From: a bacterium
GTDB lineage: Bacteria > Zhuqueibacterota > Zhuqueibacteria > Residuimicrobiales > Krinioviventaceae
Reading direction: 5' to 3'
Length of the DNA stretch: 64,000 nucleotides
Assembly (NCBI GenBank): GCA_963693055.1
Contig: OY843751.1
Location: 5,856,001 to 5,920,000, forward strand
This document shows, in pieces, positions 21,253 to 31,660 of this stretch (position 1 is its first letter; each line of letters begins with the position of its first letter). The position numbers were made by a program, and so were the translations under genes. Below the pieces are notes generated by a model that searched no databases, was not told the origin of the DNA, and was given only the letters and a program-made list of their open reading frames with translations.

Positions 21253-21652
21253 ACCTCGCTCGATAGAGTTCATACTCTACCAGTTGCCGGCCTATATATG
21301 GGCTATTGTAATTCTAGCTTTAACATCGTATCCATCCATAAAGTTGCCGGATATTGGATTTGATCCTGTAGACAAGCTTGCACACTTTGGCGTGTATTTC
21401 ATTCTGTCTGCGCTAGTGTTGCGAGCTATTGTAAAAAATGGGCCGGTTGTGAAACAAAATCAATGGAACAAGGGTATATTAATCAGCAGCATTTTTGCAA
21501 TATTTGATGAACTTCACCAAATTCCAATACCCGGCAGACAAGGTGATATTATGGATTTTCTTGCAGATTTTCTGGGAATTTTATTTGCCGGATTGCTATT
21601 TAAACTACTATATATTCTGATTCAAAAGCACAGGATTAAAAATGCAAATTAA
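21245..21652 (+). CDS. VanZ family membrane protein
   Basis: DKLAHF..Y, DELHQ..IPGR, D..AD motifs. Confidence 0.88.
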   Translation: MDKPRSIEFILYQLPAYIWAIVILALTSYPSIKLPDIGFDPVDKLAHFGVYFILSALVLRAIVKNGPVVKQNQWNKGILISSIFAIFDELHQIPIPGRQGDIMDFLADFLGILFAGLLFKLLYILIQKHRIKNAN

Positions 21653-22301
21653 ACATTTTTTTAGCTGGATAATAATTGGACTGGTATTCGGGATATTTTC
21701 TCCTGCTTTTTCCCAAAGCTATTATGCTTATAACCAACCCCGGATTTCTTTTGGTGGAGATGCAGCCTTTTTCAGGATCTCTTTTGATGGATTTGATGAA
21801 ATATATTCAAATAAATGGGGCGCATCCGTTGGAGCATTTGCATCTGCTCGTTTTTACAAAAGTTATTATGCTGTAATTAAATACGGCCAATTTTCAAAAA
21901 ACGGCAAATCCGGAACCTATAAAGATACTGACTATAATCTTGAAAATGCCAAATGGGATGAAAAATGGTACAAAATAGGTGTCAGAGTTCACCCGCCCAT
22001 TGATAACAAGTTTAGTTCATATTACGGCTTTGGAATAGGATTTTTTGACGTTCAGGAAGCTGTAGACATTTCAATTTTTACTGTTGATGATACGGCTACT
22101 GCAATTAAAGCTGAATCAGATAACGATTTGGGAAGCGGCTTTTACCTTGAGCTGGGTATTGAATATTTTCCGGTTCCTTTTATGGCAATCTATAGTGAAT
22201 TTGATATATCATCAGGGAGCTATAATGGCAGACCCGGATTTGAAGCCACAAGCGTTGGAGGCTATCGATTATCTCTAGGTATAGCAATTTACCCCTTTTA
22301 A
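21642..22301 (+). CDS. Putative small outer-membrane beta-barrel protein
   Basis: Signal peptide, aromatic amphipathic strands, C-terminal Phe. Confidence 0.6.
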   Translation: MQIKHFFSWIIIGLVFGIFSPAFSQSYYAYNQPRISFGGDAAFFRISFDGFDEIYSNKWGASVGAFASARFYKSYYAVIKYGQFSKNGKSGTYKDTDYNLENAKWDEKWYKIGVRVHPPIDNKFSSYYGFGIGFFDVQEAVDISIFTVDDTATAIKAESDNDLGSGFYLELGIEYFPVPFMAIYSEFDISSGSYNGRPGFEATSVGGYRLSLGIAIYPF

Positions 22302-22392
22302 CAAAACAAAGCATTCTTTATATAAAATTAATTTGATTTTGCAGTATGAAATGATATATTTAAATAGACTTAATAGCATAGGAATAAATTGA

Positions 22393-22761
22393 ATGATGAA
22401 CAAAAAAGTAGAATCATTCCACGATCTGGTTGTTTGGCAAAAAAGCCATGAAATGGTATTGGAAATCTTTCAAATCACCACTAAATTTCCAAAAAAGGAC
22501 CAATCCTACCTTTCCAGCAAACTCCGGGATGTGGCAGTGATCATACCGTCCAATATTGCTATTGGATTCCAAAAGCGGGGCAAAAAAACCAAAGTCCATT
22601 ACTACAGAGTCGCCCTTACGGAAATTGAACAACTCCGGTATCTGTTAACACTTGCAGAAGATTTGGGTTACCACAAAGGCATGGAAGAAATAATGGAAAA
22701 TTGTGAGAATATCGAAAAAATGCTCAAGCGACTGATTCGGTCAATTGCCTCTCAATCATGA
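22393..22761 (+). CDS. Four helix bundle protein (23S rRNA IVP-like family)
   Basis: F.DL.VWQKS, FP...Y.L.S.LR.....IPSNIA.G. Confidence 0.85.
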   Translation: MMNKKVESFHDLVVWQKSHEMVLEIFQITTKFPKKDQSYLSSKLRDVAVIIPSNIAIGFQKRGKKTKVHYYRVALTEIEQLRYLLTLAEDLGYHKGMEEIMENCENIEKMLKRLIRSIASQS

Positions 22762-22767
22762 TCTTTT

Positions 22768-22797
22768 AAGGCTGCCAAATGGCAGCCTTTTTTTTTA
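22768..22797 (+). terminator. Rho-independent terminator
   Basis: AAGGCTGCCA-AA-TGGCAGCCTT followed by a T-run. Confidence 0.8.
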
Positions 22798-22863
22798 TTT
22801 CAATTCAATCCTAATCCGCTTGTATATCAAAAAACACAATAATAAAATTGTTGCCATCAGGAC

Positions 22864-22890
22864 AAAAAAACCCTGTCGAAATGACAGGGC
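22864..22890 (-). terminator. Rho-independent terminator
   Basis: CCCTGTC-GAAAT-GACAGGG with a T-run on the minus strand. Confidence 0.75.
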
Positions 22891-22897
22891 TAGACAA

Positions 22898-24859
22898 TTA
22901 TGATTGCAACAAATTGCTTACTTTTTCAAGCTCTTTCTTTTTATCCTGAAAGTATTCTCGTATTTCCCCAATGATCATATGAGATTCATATTCACCTCGC
23001 ACGGCAGCAAAATCCGCATAGCGGTCCTGCTCAGTTCCATTGTGTCCATAGCTGATTCTAACATCCGGTGCAAACTCTTTTAGTGCGTCTGTCAACAACA
23101 AATCATGATAAAAATCAATGGCCTGCTCATAAATTGTGGAAAACTCTTTCAAGTTATCCACATTCCAGTCTTTGGGATGAATTCCAGTCCGATCTTCCAG
23201 TTGTTTACAAATCCAGGGCATAAGATATGACTGATAATTAAAATGAATTCCACAAACAATAGGTCTAAACTGTGAAAGGCTGCTGATTCTACCATTTTCA
23301 ACATCTTCCATTACATTATGCAATGCTTCCCTGGGAGCAACCATGCCGGCAATATCCAGCCACTCACCTTCAGCAATCTTGTTTTCAGTGGCAAGTGAGG
23401 TTGTCCACTCCTTAAAAGACATCTCTTTTCCTATACTGCGAATCAAAAATTTACCCAGGAAAAAATTTATAGACCGGTCATATAGTTCAATTCCACGCGC
23501 AATAGCGTTTTTCTTGATAATACATCCATTATACTCCACATCATTTTCTCCAAAGCCCCTGAGAAGTGCTAATGCCTTGATCATTTTTTCTACTGTATAA
23601 GTGGTAAATACATTGGGATGAATACGGTCAATCAAAACCGGATCTTTTCGGTTATCTCTACGTGGCCATTTTACAGCATCACGAAACATACCAACGGATT
23701 TTAAATTGATACCGGGTATTAATGTGGTAGTGCCATCTGTATTACCAATAACATAAGAAAAAGGCATGTTGGAAGTGTCTGGATGGGTATATACCCTGCC
23801 CATAATCATAGAAAAGGCACCAATTTGAGCAGGCCACATAATATAGGCGTTACTTGCTGTTTTACAACCCCGTTCCATAATGCCCTGGTGTATGGGGCCC
23901 AGTTTATATAAATGATTACTCTGATTTGTGCCGCTGCCCGCATTCCAGTAGGATACAATTCCGGCAATAATTAAAGAAGATTTATGGTCTGTTAAAGTAA
24001 AGGGACCAATAAAAGCTGAAAAAGCCTCTCCATTCAAACATACACTATTGCCAAAAACCAAAAGATTTTCTCCTGAAAATTGCCCACCTATTCGGCTGGC
24101 CTGTCCCAGAAAAAAATTGTTAACAACAGCACCATCGTCAATAACTGAACCGGAGGATGTTATAAAGTTTTTAGCAATAACACCGCTTCCAATAAACGCA
24201 GGATCCTCTTTAACACTGTTTATGGATCCATTTTCAATGTGTTCGGCGCCCTCCAGCTTTGCATAAGGTCCAATATTGAGATTTTTTAATATTTTACAAT
24301 CCCGTACCTGTGCATGCTCACCTATTGTTCCCTGAAATGAGATCACTGTATCCGTATACATTTCAATCATGTATTCCAGTCGCTGAATTAATTTATGCCG
24401 GTGCCGGTACATTGCTAAAAAATAGGCTGTCTGAGCTGACAGTCTGTCATAAATGGGTACTTCTCTACCACCACCTTCATTTATAACTTTAACTTCTGTA
24501 CCATTTCCAAATGAAGATTCTCCCTCAACCAATAAAGTGCCAACGTTTTCAATAACAACATGGTTTTTTATCCTGTAATTGGCAATGGTAGTATGTACAT
24601 TCGCTATAAAAACATTGTCTTCAATAACACAATTGTGGATAACAGCATTTTCAATCCCTGAATGAAAGGCCCGTCCCCCTGGCAAAGCTATCGTTTTGGA
24701 ATTATTACCAAGTAATACATCTCCGGAGAATCTGACATTTCGAAAAAATTCCGGCTGGAATCCAGGTTTAACTTTAATCATCTCCCACGATTGGGAATAA
24801 CAACCATTTGATTCTAGTATCTCAATATCTCGAACTGTTAGCGATCTATAATCATCCAT
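22898..24859 (-). CDS. DUF4954 family protein
   Basis: NEGGGREVPIYD.LSAQ.AY, HKSSL.IAG, NAGSGTNQSNH.YKLGP.HQG, PFSY. Confidence 0.85.
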   Translation of the reverse strand: MDDYRSLTVRDIEILESNGCYSQSWEMIKVKPGFQPEFFRNVRFSGDVLLGNNSKTIALPGGRAFHSGIENAVIHNCVIEDNVFIANVHTTIANYRIKNHVVIENVGTLLVEGESSFGNGTEVKVINEGGGREVPIYDRLSAQTAYFLAMYRHRHKLIQRLEYMIEMYTDTVISFQGTIGEHAQVRDCKILKNLNIGPYAKLEGAEHIENGSINSVKEDPAFIGSGVIAKNFITSSGSVIDDGAVVNNFFLGQASRIGGQFSGENLLVFGNSVCLNGEAFSAFIGPFTLTDHKSSLIIAGIVSYWNAGSGTNQSNHLYKLGPIHQGIMERGCKTASNAYIMWPAQIGAFSMIMGRVYTHPDTSNMPFSYVIGNTDGTTTLIPGINLKSVGMFRDAVKWPRRDNRKDPVLIDRIHPNVFTTYTVEKMIKALALLRGFGENDVEYNGCIIKKNAIARGIELYDRSINFFLGKFLIRSIGKEMSFKEWTTSLATENKIAEGEWLDIAGMVAPREALHNVMEDVENGRISSLSQFRPIVCGIHFNYQSYLMPWICKQLEDRTGIHPKDWNVDNLKEFSTIYEQAIDFYHDLLLTDALKEFAPDVRISYGHNGTEQDRYADFAAVRGEYESHMIIGEIREYFQDKKKELEKVSNLLQS

Positions 24860-24877
24860 AAAATACTCCGGGATATT

Positions 24878-25180
24878 TTATTTTGGCAACTTGATCTGCC
24901 GTTTTGATTTATCTTCATTCTGGCGATAAAATAGCGCGGTGTGTCCTACACCGCCAACCCAATGGCATTGACATTTCTCAGCAATTTGCACATTAAAGTT
25001 CTTTTTCTCTTCTTTAAATTCATTATACTTGATTTTGAGCAGCTCGTGCGCTTCTAACGCTTCATTAATAGATTCAAGCACTTCACCTGACAGTCCGTTT
25101 TTACCAATCAATATAATCGGTTTCAGAGGATTAGCAAGACCCCTCAGGTATTTTTTTTGTGCTCCGGTTAATTCCTGCAT
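24878..25180 (-). CDS. yhbY: YhbY/CRM RNA-binding protein
   Basis: LTG.QK.YLR.LA..LKP...IGKNGL...AL..HELLKI. Confidence 0.9.
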   Translation of the reverse strand: MQELTGAQKKYLRGLANPLKPIILIGKNGLSGEVLESINEALEAHELLKIKYNEFKEEKKNFNVQIAEKCQCHWVGGVGHTALFYRQNEDKSKRQIKLPK

Positions 25181-25196
25181 GTTTATTATCCTTTAT

Positions 25197-26375
25197 TTAA
25201 AAAGCTTTAATAATCCCCTCGCACAACCAGTTTGCAACCGCCTGTCTGTTATTTTCGAGAACCAGACGGTCCTGGTCAAGAGGATTACGTATATTTCCTA
25301 ATTCTATATATACTGCCGTTGGTACGGTTTTACGGAGCATATGCAAATCTCTTGTAAGAACTTTGCCTCCATAACCTCTACCGGGCTGGTGTATAGCATA
25401 TTTATTTTTTACTGTCTTGTAAAGAGTTGTGGCCAGTTTTTTACTTGCCGCAACACCTTTTTCATAATAATAAAAAATATCTATCCGTTTTGAATACGAT
25501 CTTGAATCAACATGAATAATCACAACCTGTTGTGTAGAATAGACAGCTTTGTTTTGGTTATATAACTGGTTTATGATTTCCGCGCGCTTGTCAAGGCGAG
25601 TGACCGTTTGTGCAGAAATCTTGTGTCCGCCATAATAGATTTCATCACTGTCACATTTCAAATAATGACTGTCTCTGATTCCATCATTCTGGTCCCGAAC
25701 AATCATGTAAACTTTGGCGCCATGCTCTAAAAGTCTGCGTGCCAGCCGGAGTGTGATATCATATGCGTATTCATCTTCACACATTTTATTACGCGCGCGC
25801 TTTCCAATGGCCCCGGGATCAGGCCCGCCATGTCCGCTTACAAGGTAATAGACAGCACCTTTAAGCTGATTATCTACCAGCTTTACATTTTTATATTTTT
25901 CACCAAATATGGGAAACGTATTATTTCCGCCCAGACTCACAGTTTCATGTTTGATCTCTACGGATTCCGGCATCATACTGAACGGTACCCATAATTTCAA
26001 ATCACGGGTATATAACTGGCTTTTTACACCGGTTCGGGTTACTTCCCGGTTATAATTTTCTATTGATTTTGCATGTAGATAATCATTATAACCCAAAGTT
26101 GAACGAATTGTTTTCCCATCAAATGTCAACTGATATAATGGCAGCTCATATGTTTTCCCACTGATCAGCTCAGATTTGTTGTTTAATTTATCCGAGTTGA
26201 TGGTTTTAAATTCATTTATATATTCAACCGTGGTGGGTAAATTATAACGCCTTAACAAGGCATATATCCCATCACCTGTTTTGGGTACAGTTGTAACGTA
26301 TTCAATTCCAAATAGAGGAAAAACAAAACAAACAAAAAAACAAATAAATAATGCAGTGCGGGTCTTTGTATCCAT
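25197..26375 (-). CDS. N-acetylmuramoyl-L-alanine amidase (Amidase_3)
   Basis: GHGGPDPGA, E, IHVDS and YIELGN zinc motifs; signal peptide. Confidence 0.88.
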   Translation of the reverse strand: MDTKTRTALFICFFVCFVFPLFGIEYVTTVPKTGDGIYALLRRYNLPTTVEYINEFKTINSDKLNNKSELISGKTYELPLYQLTFDGKTIRSTLGYNDYLHAKSIENYNREVTRTGVKSQLYTRDLKLWVPFSMMPESVEIKHETVSLGGNNTFPIFGEKYKNVKLVDNQLKGAVYYLVSGHGGPDPGAIGKRARNKMCEDEYAYDITLRLARRLLEHGAKVYMIVRDQNDGIRDSHYLKCDSDEIYYGGHKISAQTVTRLDKRAEIINQLYNQNKAVYSTQQVVIIHVDSRSYSKRIDIFYYYEKGVAASKKLATTLYKTVKNKYAIHQPGRGYGGKVLTRDLHMLRKTVPTAVYIELGNIRNPLDQDRLVLENNRQAVANWLCEGIIKAF

Positions 26376-26380
26376 ATGTG

Positions 26381-26761
26381 TTAATCAGCTCTGTGGTTCA
26401 GCAGTTGTTTAATTGAATTCATCAAATCTTCCAAAGTCAGGGGTTTTACCAGATATTTGTAAAGCGGATTCGTGATCGCTTTGTTCATTAATTCCTTTTC
26501 AGAATGTGCACTTATAAACAAGACCGGTGTAGGACACTGTTTCTGAATCGCGTCTGCAGTTTCAAATCCGTCCAGTTTACCATCCAATAAAACATCCATT
26601 AATACAATATCGGGTTTAACTGTTTTAATACTTTCCAGCGCATCTTCACCGGTATAAACAATATCAACAACCTGATACCCATTTGACTCTAGCTTTAATT
26701 TTGTATCTTGGGCTATAATTGCCTCATCCTCAACAACCAGGACCTTTTTCTTGCTCAACAT
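26381..26761 (-). CDS. Single-domain response regulator
   Basis: VLVVEDE, DIVLMD, ISA, YLVKP. Confidence 0.9.
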   Translation of the reverse strand: MLSKKKVLVVEDEAIIAQDTKLKLESNGYQVVDIVYTGEDALESIKTVKPDIVLMDVLLDGKLDGFETADAIQKQCPTPVLFISAHSEKELMNKAITNPLYKYLVKPLTLEDLMNSIKQLLNHRAD

Positions 26762-26828
26762 CCCTCCCTTACAGACCGCGGGTCTCATTCACTTTTAAAG
26801 CAATTGAAATATGTCGCAATTGGCTCTA

Positions 26829-28589
26829 TTAATTATTATTTATTTTTTCAATTAAAACTACTAAATCATTATCAATAGATTTTGATGGAGTACCAAATTC
26901 AATATTACCAGGTCCTGATACTGTCTCAACAGACCCATTATAAAGATCTCCCCCTGTTAACGGATTGTACCATTTAACAGTAAAAGATCCTTCTAACAAT
27001 TGAATACGAGAATTGATACCATCCGGTAAATAAATCACATAAATAAAACCAAGCTTTGCAAAGCACCAGGCGTTTTCGTTGGATAACAGTTCGTCATGAG
27101 CTTTCATTTCCCAGAATGGTAAATATTGATTGAAAAAATCCAACGCGTTGCGGGTTTGATCCCACATGTTTTCACGAGATCGCCAATCTTCACAATTCAA
27201 GTCATTATTCTCATATTTATAACCAAAATACCATTCGCAGCCACTACCGCCGGCTAAAAGATTTCCCCACAGGCCATATCTTCTCACCTCATCATGTGTA
27301 GAATCATCTACATCGGGTTTAACACCGGTGTTTGCAGGCCCTATCTCATCCAGGCAGACAAACCACAAATTTCCGTTTTTTTCAGACAGATCGAGCCATT
27401 TAAGCGTCTCGCTATGGGTTTTTCTTACATCGCCCATTTGCAATGAAGGTCCATCAAAATTCTCATCATCAAGCAATAGTGTATAAACCTTGTCATATTG
27501 ATTGGGAAAAGTATGCACAACTATAGGATGCTGATATGGATCATTCGATTTTATATAGTCTGCAAATGCCTTCCGTTGCGCATCGGTATTGGTGTTTTCT
27601 TCACCAAGGTTCCATACAAGTGCCGGGTGATGTGCAAAACGGGCTATCAATTCTCTGTAATATAATTTTCTTTCAACATCCAACTCGCCTTTATCAAGCA
27701 GTGTATCATTTTCAGTTTCCTGGGTAATTACATGCATCATTAAACCCAGCTTGTCCATATGAGAAAATACAATTTCCCACTGATCCAGTTTGCTGCAATC
27801 ATATCTCTCACGCTGGTCTGGTGCAATCCAGGGCCAAACATCATCCCCGTCACCCTCTACATTCATAGTCAAAAAATAGACCGAATTCATTCCTTTGGAT
27901 GCAAGATAGTTGAGAGCACCTATTATATTCTTCCCTTTAAAGTTCTGCCATAAAGGGTCACCCTCATTCCAATCCTGAGAATGAGGTTCATATTGATGCG
28001 TTGGTTTTGGAGTACCATCAAATTCATAATAAGCTAAAAAATTCTCGGGACTGTCTGCCCCGCCTTTGAGAAAATATTCGCCTGTTTCTGTAAATTGCAA
28101 ATAGTGTTCTCCAATATGACAAAGCTGGCCTTTTCCTCTAAAATCCTGGCCTGTTTTATCGGTTTTTAATATTTCTATAGAGCCCTTTAGCCCATCCGAA
28201 CCTAAAGGCTTTCCAGCATCCATATCATCGTCTAGCGCAATCATATATCCTTTTCGAAAAGATATTGAATACTCCCAAACACCTTCTCTGCCAGGCATAA
28301 AATGCGCCTTCCAAACATTCCCGGAGCTAGAACCGGATTCAGCTGCATTTCCATCTGCCGCAAAAAAACCAGGTATCGTAATTCGATGATTGTCCTGAGT
28401 CAAGGTAATAAGCAATCTAAAATTCAAAAAAGGATTAACGTGATCATCCTCAGAGGCTTGTGGTCCTTTAACAACGAATGTAACCCGGTGCCAGGTTTTG
28501 AGCTCACCTTGAATTTGTACATCATTCCGGGACGCACAGCCTGCAAACAAAAAAACAATTAATAAATAAAATAATTTATTTTTAATCAT
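26829..28589 (-). CDS. DUF5060/DUF4038-like putative glycoside hydrolase lipoprotein
   Basis: Lipobox FAGC, NPFL..R, GFFAADG, WNLGEEN, DEIGP. Confidence 0.7.
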   Translation of the reverse strand: MIKNKLFYLLIVFLFAGCASRNDVQIQGELKTWHRVTFVVKGPQASEDDHVNPFLNFRLLITLTQDNHRITIPGFFAADGNAAESGSSSGNVWKAHFMPGREGVWEYSISFRKGYMIALDDDMDAGKPLGSDGLKGSIEILKTDKTGQDFRGKGQLCHIGEHYLQFTETGEYFLKGGADSPENFLAYYEFDGTPKPTHQYEPHSQDWNEGDPLWQNFKGKNIIGALNYLASKGMNSVYFLTMNVEGDGDDVWPWIAPDQRERYDCSKLDQWEIVFSHMDKLGLMMHVITQETENDTLLDKGELDVERKLYYRELIARFAHHPALVWNLGEENTNTDAQRKAFADYIKSNDPYQHPIVVHTFPNQYDKVYTLLLDDENFDGPSLQMGDVRKTHSETLKWLDLSEKNGNLWFVCLDEIGPANTGVKPDVDDSTHDEVRRYGLWGNLLAGGSGCEWYFGYKYENNDLNCEDWRSRENMWDQTRNALDFFNQYLPFWEMKAHDELLSNENAWCFAKLGFIYVIYLPDGINSRIQLLEGSFTVKWYNPLTGGDLYNGSVETVSGPGNIEFGTPSKSIDNDLVVLIEKINNN

Positions 28590-28803
28590 GCGATATACTC
28601 CAAACAAATATATCCCGAATTGCGCAGAATCACAAGTACTATTTAATACAAACAGCTTCTTTCCTCATTAAAATCAGCACTTTAATATATATTTTTCATT
28701 TTTAAGATTCAAGCAGAAAGGAAATTGTTTTAGAGCATATCTAACTCACAAAACAAACCGACCGGTCTATAAAATTTCTATAAAACATTGATTTTTTTGT
28801 TGG

Positions 28804-28844
28804 TTATCCACACAAAAAACTTGCCCTTTAACCTGTGTGGATAA
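28804..28844. promoter_or_regulatory. Inverted pair of perfect DnaA boxes
   Basis: TTATCCACA at 28804-28812 and TGTGGATAA at 28836-28844. Confidence 0.55.
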
Positions 28845-28880
28845 GTCTTTTTTTATTTTGATATATACAAAACCAAAAAA

Positions 28881-30755
28881 TCACAGAGGAAAATTTATCA
28901 CAAACTCTACACCAGGCTGATTATTTTTCAATTCAAGCTTGCCATTTATTTGTTTGGATAAAACTTTGACAAGCATAAACCCCATAGACTCTGCTTTCCA
29001 AAAATCAATCTCTTTGCTTATGCCGACACCATCATCTCTAACCTCGAGTCTACACATATTCTGTTCCAGTTCAGCATTGATGCTCAAACATCCCTTAATA
29101 TTATTCGGGAACGCATGCTTGACAGCATTGGTAATCAATTCATTTACTATTAATCCGCAGGATATTGCCTTGTCCAACTCCAAATACATATTATTCACAT
29201 TGACAGAAAATGTAACATTATCAAATACTGAATATGAATAAAAGATCTCCTGAGTGATGGATTCAATATATTCTTTAAAATCAATTTTTGAAAAATTTTC
29301 TGATCTGTACATCTTTTCATGTACTATGGCCATTGAATAAATACGGTTCTTGCTTTCCAAAAATGCTTGTTGTATAACGGAATCATTACTTTGACTTGCC
29401 TGAATGCTGAGTAAACTGGTTATGATCTGTAAATTATTTTTAACCCGATGATGAATTTCTTTTAACAAGATCTCTTTTTCTTTTAATTCGTTTTTAACAA
29501 TTTCTTCAGCATTCTTTTTCATGGTAATGTCTGATATAAATCCCTCAATAAACAACAGCTCATTATTCTCGCCAAAAACACCCACACCCCGCTCTAAAAC
29601 ATATTTTACTTTATTTTTTGCTGTGAGTATTCTATATTCCAATTCAAATTGTTTACCGGTAGAAAGCGCACTAGACACATTATTCACAACATATTCTCGA
29701 TCATCCGGATGAATGATATTCGCATAAGTTAATTTTTTATTATGTATAAAATTTTTGACTTTATACCCAGTTAATTCTTTACAACCACTGCTTATAAACA
29801 ACATGGTCCAATATTGATCATTTTTACAGCGATACGCCATACCCGGTAAATTATGAAACAAGGTTAACAGCATTCTCTGTGATTCTTGCAACTCTCCTAT
29901 AGACTGTTTTGCCTTTGTTATATCCAACACTGTAAAAATAACATCACTGGTAATACTTTTGTGCTTTATGGGAGTAAACGTCAAAAGAACATTAATTAAC
30001 TTTTGATCTTTTCGTTTCCAAACGGTACTAATCGTTGCAACGCCCTGCTCAAGTATCTGTGCGTTTATCTTTTTCGCAAACCGTTTAAAATCAAGATTTG
30101 ATGAAAAAAGCATATCAATTCTTTTGCCCAACAGCTCTGTAACAGTAAACCCTGTAATCTCGCATGTAATAGAATTTACTTTTTGGAAAGTATGGTGATT
30201 TATAACCCCGGTTCCTGCTTTACTTTCTTGAATAATTTCTCGTAGAAATGGATCAGAACTTGCATTTTTTTTGTAAAATTCTAATTCTGATACATCAAGA
30301 AAATTACCAACAAGCTTAACAGAACCATTTGATTCTTGCAATATTTCAGGCTCAAGCCTGAACCACTTTATCTTTCTTTCTTTATTAATAATCCGAACCA
30401 GTATTGAACTCGGTTCTTGCTTCTCAATAATTAATTTAAACCCCTGAATTACTTTGATTTGATCTTCAGGGAATATATATTCTGAAACCAGATCTGATAA
30501 TTTAGCATCGACATTTCGGGTGTCAACTCTCTCGTCGTCCATCCAAATTGAACAAGAACAATTTATTTCGTCTGAAAAAGGATCCCACTCGAATGAACCC
30601 GTTACTGAAATATCATAAAGACGACCTATTAACGCTTCTCTTTTCTTGAATAACAAAAGGTCTTGCTTTAATAAACGATTCTCCCTTTCAAGCAGCGAAA
30701 TCCGCTCCACAGGATTTTCGTTTTCTGCGACAGATTTTGTGTTATTGTTTTTCAT
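28881..30755 (-). CDS. Multi-PAS sensor histidine kinase (HisKA_2)
   Basis: PAS motifs (IHPDDRE, NLPGMAYRC), [28 protein letters not shown]. Confidence 0.9.
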   Translation of the reverse strand: MKNNNTKSVAENENPVERISLLERENRLLKQDLLLFKKREALIGRLYDISVTGSFEWDPFSDEINCSCSIWMDDERVDTRNVDAKLSDLVSEYIFPEDQIKVIQGFKLIIEKQEPSSILVRIINKERKIKWFRLEPEILQESNGSVKLVGNFLDVSELEFYKKNASSDPFLREIIQESKAGTGVINHHTFQKVNSITCEITGFTVTELLGKRIDMLFSSNLDFKRFAKKINAQILEQGVATISTVWKRKDQKLINVLLTFTPIKHKSITSDVIFTVLDITKAKQSIGELQESQRMLLTLFHNLPGMAYRCKNDQYWTMLFISSGCKELTGYKVKNFIHNKKLTYANIIHPDDREYVVNNVSSALSTGKQFELEYRILTAKNKVKYVLERGVGVFGENNELLFIEGFISDITMKKNAEEIVKNELKEKEILLKEIHHRVKNNLQIITSLLSIQASQSNDSVIQQAFLESKNRIYSMAIVHEKMYRSENFSKIDFKEYIESITQEIFYSYSVFDNVTFSVNVNNMYLELDKAISCGLIVNELITNAVKHAFPNNIKGCLSINAELEQNMCRLEVRDDGVGISKEIDFWKAESMGFMLVKVLSKQINGKLELKNNQPGVEFVINFPL

Positions 30756-30827
30756 GATTTTCTAAATAGTTAAAAAATGTAAACATCACCACTTGAACAA
30801 TATTATATCAAAAAAATGAGCCAATAA

Positions 30828-31658
30828 TCATGCCGAAATCTCAAAAGGTAGAAACAATTCTATGGTTCCGCTTGTTTTGAAATTATATTTCTCAATGCAA
30901 AAAGGCCAGGATTTCCACATATCCAGGATTCTACAATACTTTTCATATTGATACATAAATCCAAGTGTTTCAAAAGCTCCCTTGTGAGCAATTCCGATAT
31001 AATTATTTTCACTCACTACTTTTTTCACAAATGGAGTATTTTCCGGAAAAGTTTCTTTAATTTCTGCTCCAACAAACAGATAATTGTTTCTCCTTTTTGA
31101 TAAAATGCGAATGCCAAACACTTCTTTGACCAAATGATTACAAGTTTTGCATTCATCCTGAAATTGTTCAATCCTTCTCTCATCATTCGGATTAAATCCC
31201 TCTTTTACAGGATACAATATTCCACATAACTCCATAGTTCGAAACCTTACATGTTTAGGTTTCAACAAGTCGTTATTGCAAACATAATAGAGATATTCTT
31301 TTTCAAATACAGGCATTGACCTTTCATGATCATTACTCAATTGTTTTTTCCATACCCCGGGAGCAACTTTATAAATCCGCCTGAACGCCCGAATAAACGT
31401 TTCCGGAGAATTGAATTGCAACTCAAATGCTATTTCTATAATCTTTTTATTACTATTTTTCAATTCTTCTGCGGCAACATCTATTCTTCTTCGAACAAGA
31501 TATTCATAAGGTGTGAAATGCGTTATTCTGTTAAACAGGCGACAGAAATGATACAGAGAATAATTGGCTGCATAGGCCATGTCTCCTATTGTAATATCAT
31601 CCCTAATATGTTTTTCAACAAACCGGACTGCTTTATATATTGCTTCTACTTCTCGCAT
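30828..31658 (-). CDS. AraC family regulator with C-terminal GyrI-like effector domain
   Basis: YSLYHFCRLF, IIEIAFELQFNSPETFIRAFRR. Confidence 0.88.
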   Translation of the reverse strand: MREVEAIYKAVRFVEKHIRDDITIGDMAYAANYSLYHFCRLFNRITHFTPYEYLVRRRIDVAAEELKNSNKKIIEIAFELQFNSPETFIRAFRRIYKVAPGVWKKQLSNDHERSMPVFEKEYLYYVCNNDLLKPKHVRFRTMELCGILYPVKEGFNPNDERRIEQFQDECKTCNHLVKEVFGIRILSKRRNNYLFVGAEIKETFPENTPFVKKVVSENNYIGIAHKGAFETLGFMYQYEKYCRILDMWKSWPFCIEKYNFKTSGTIELFLPFEISA

Positions 31659-31660
31659 GA

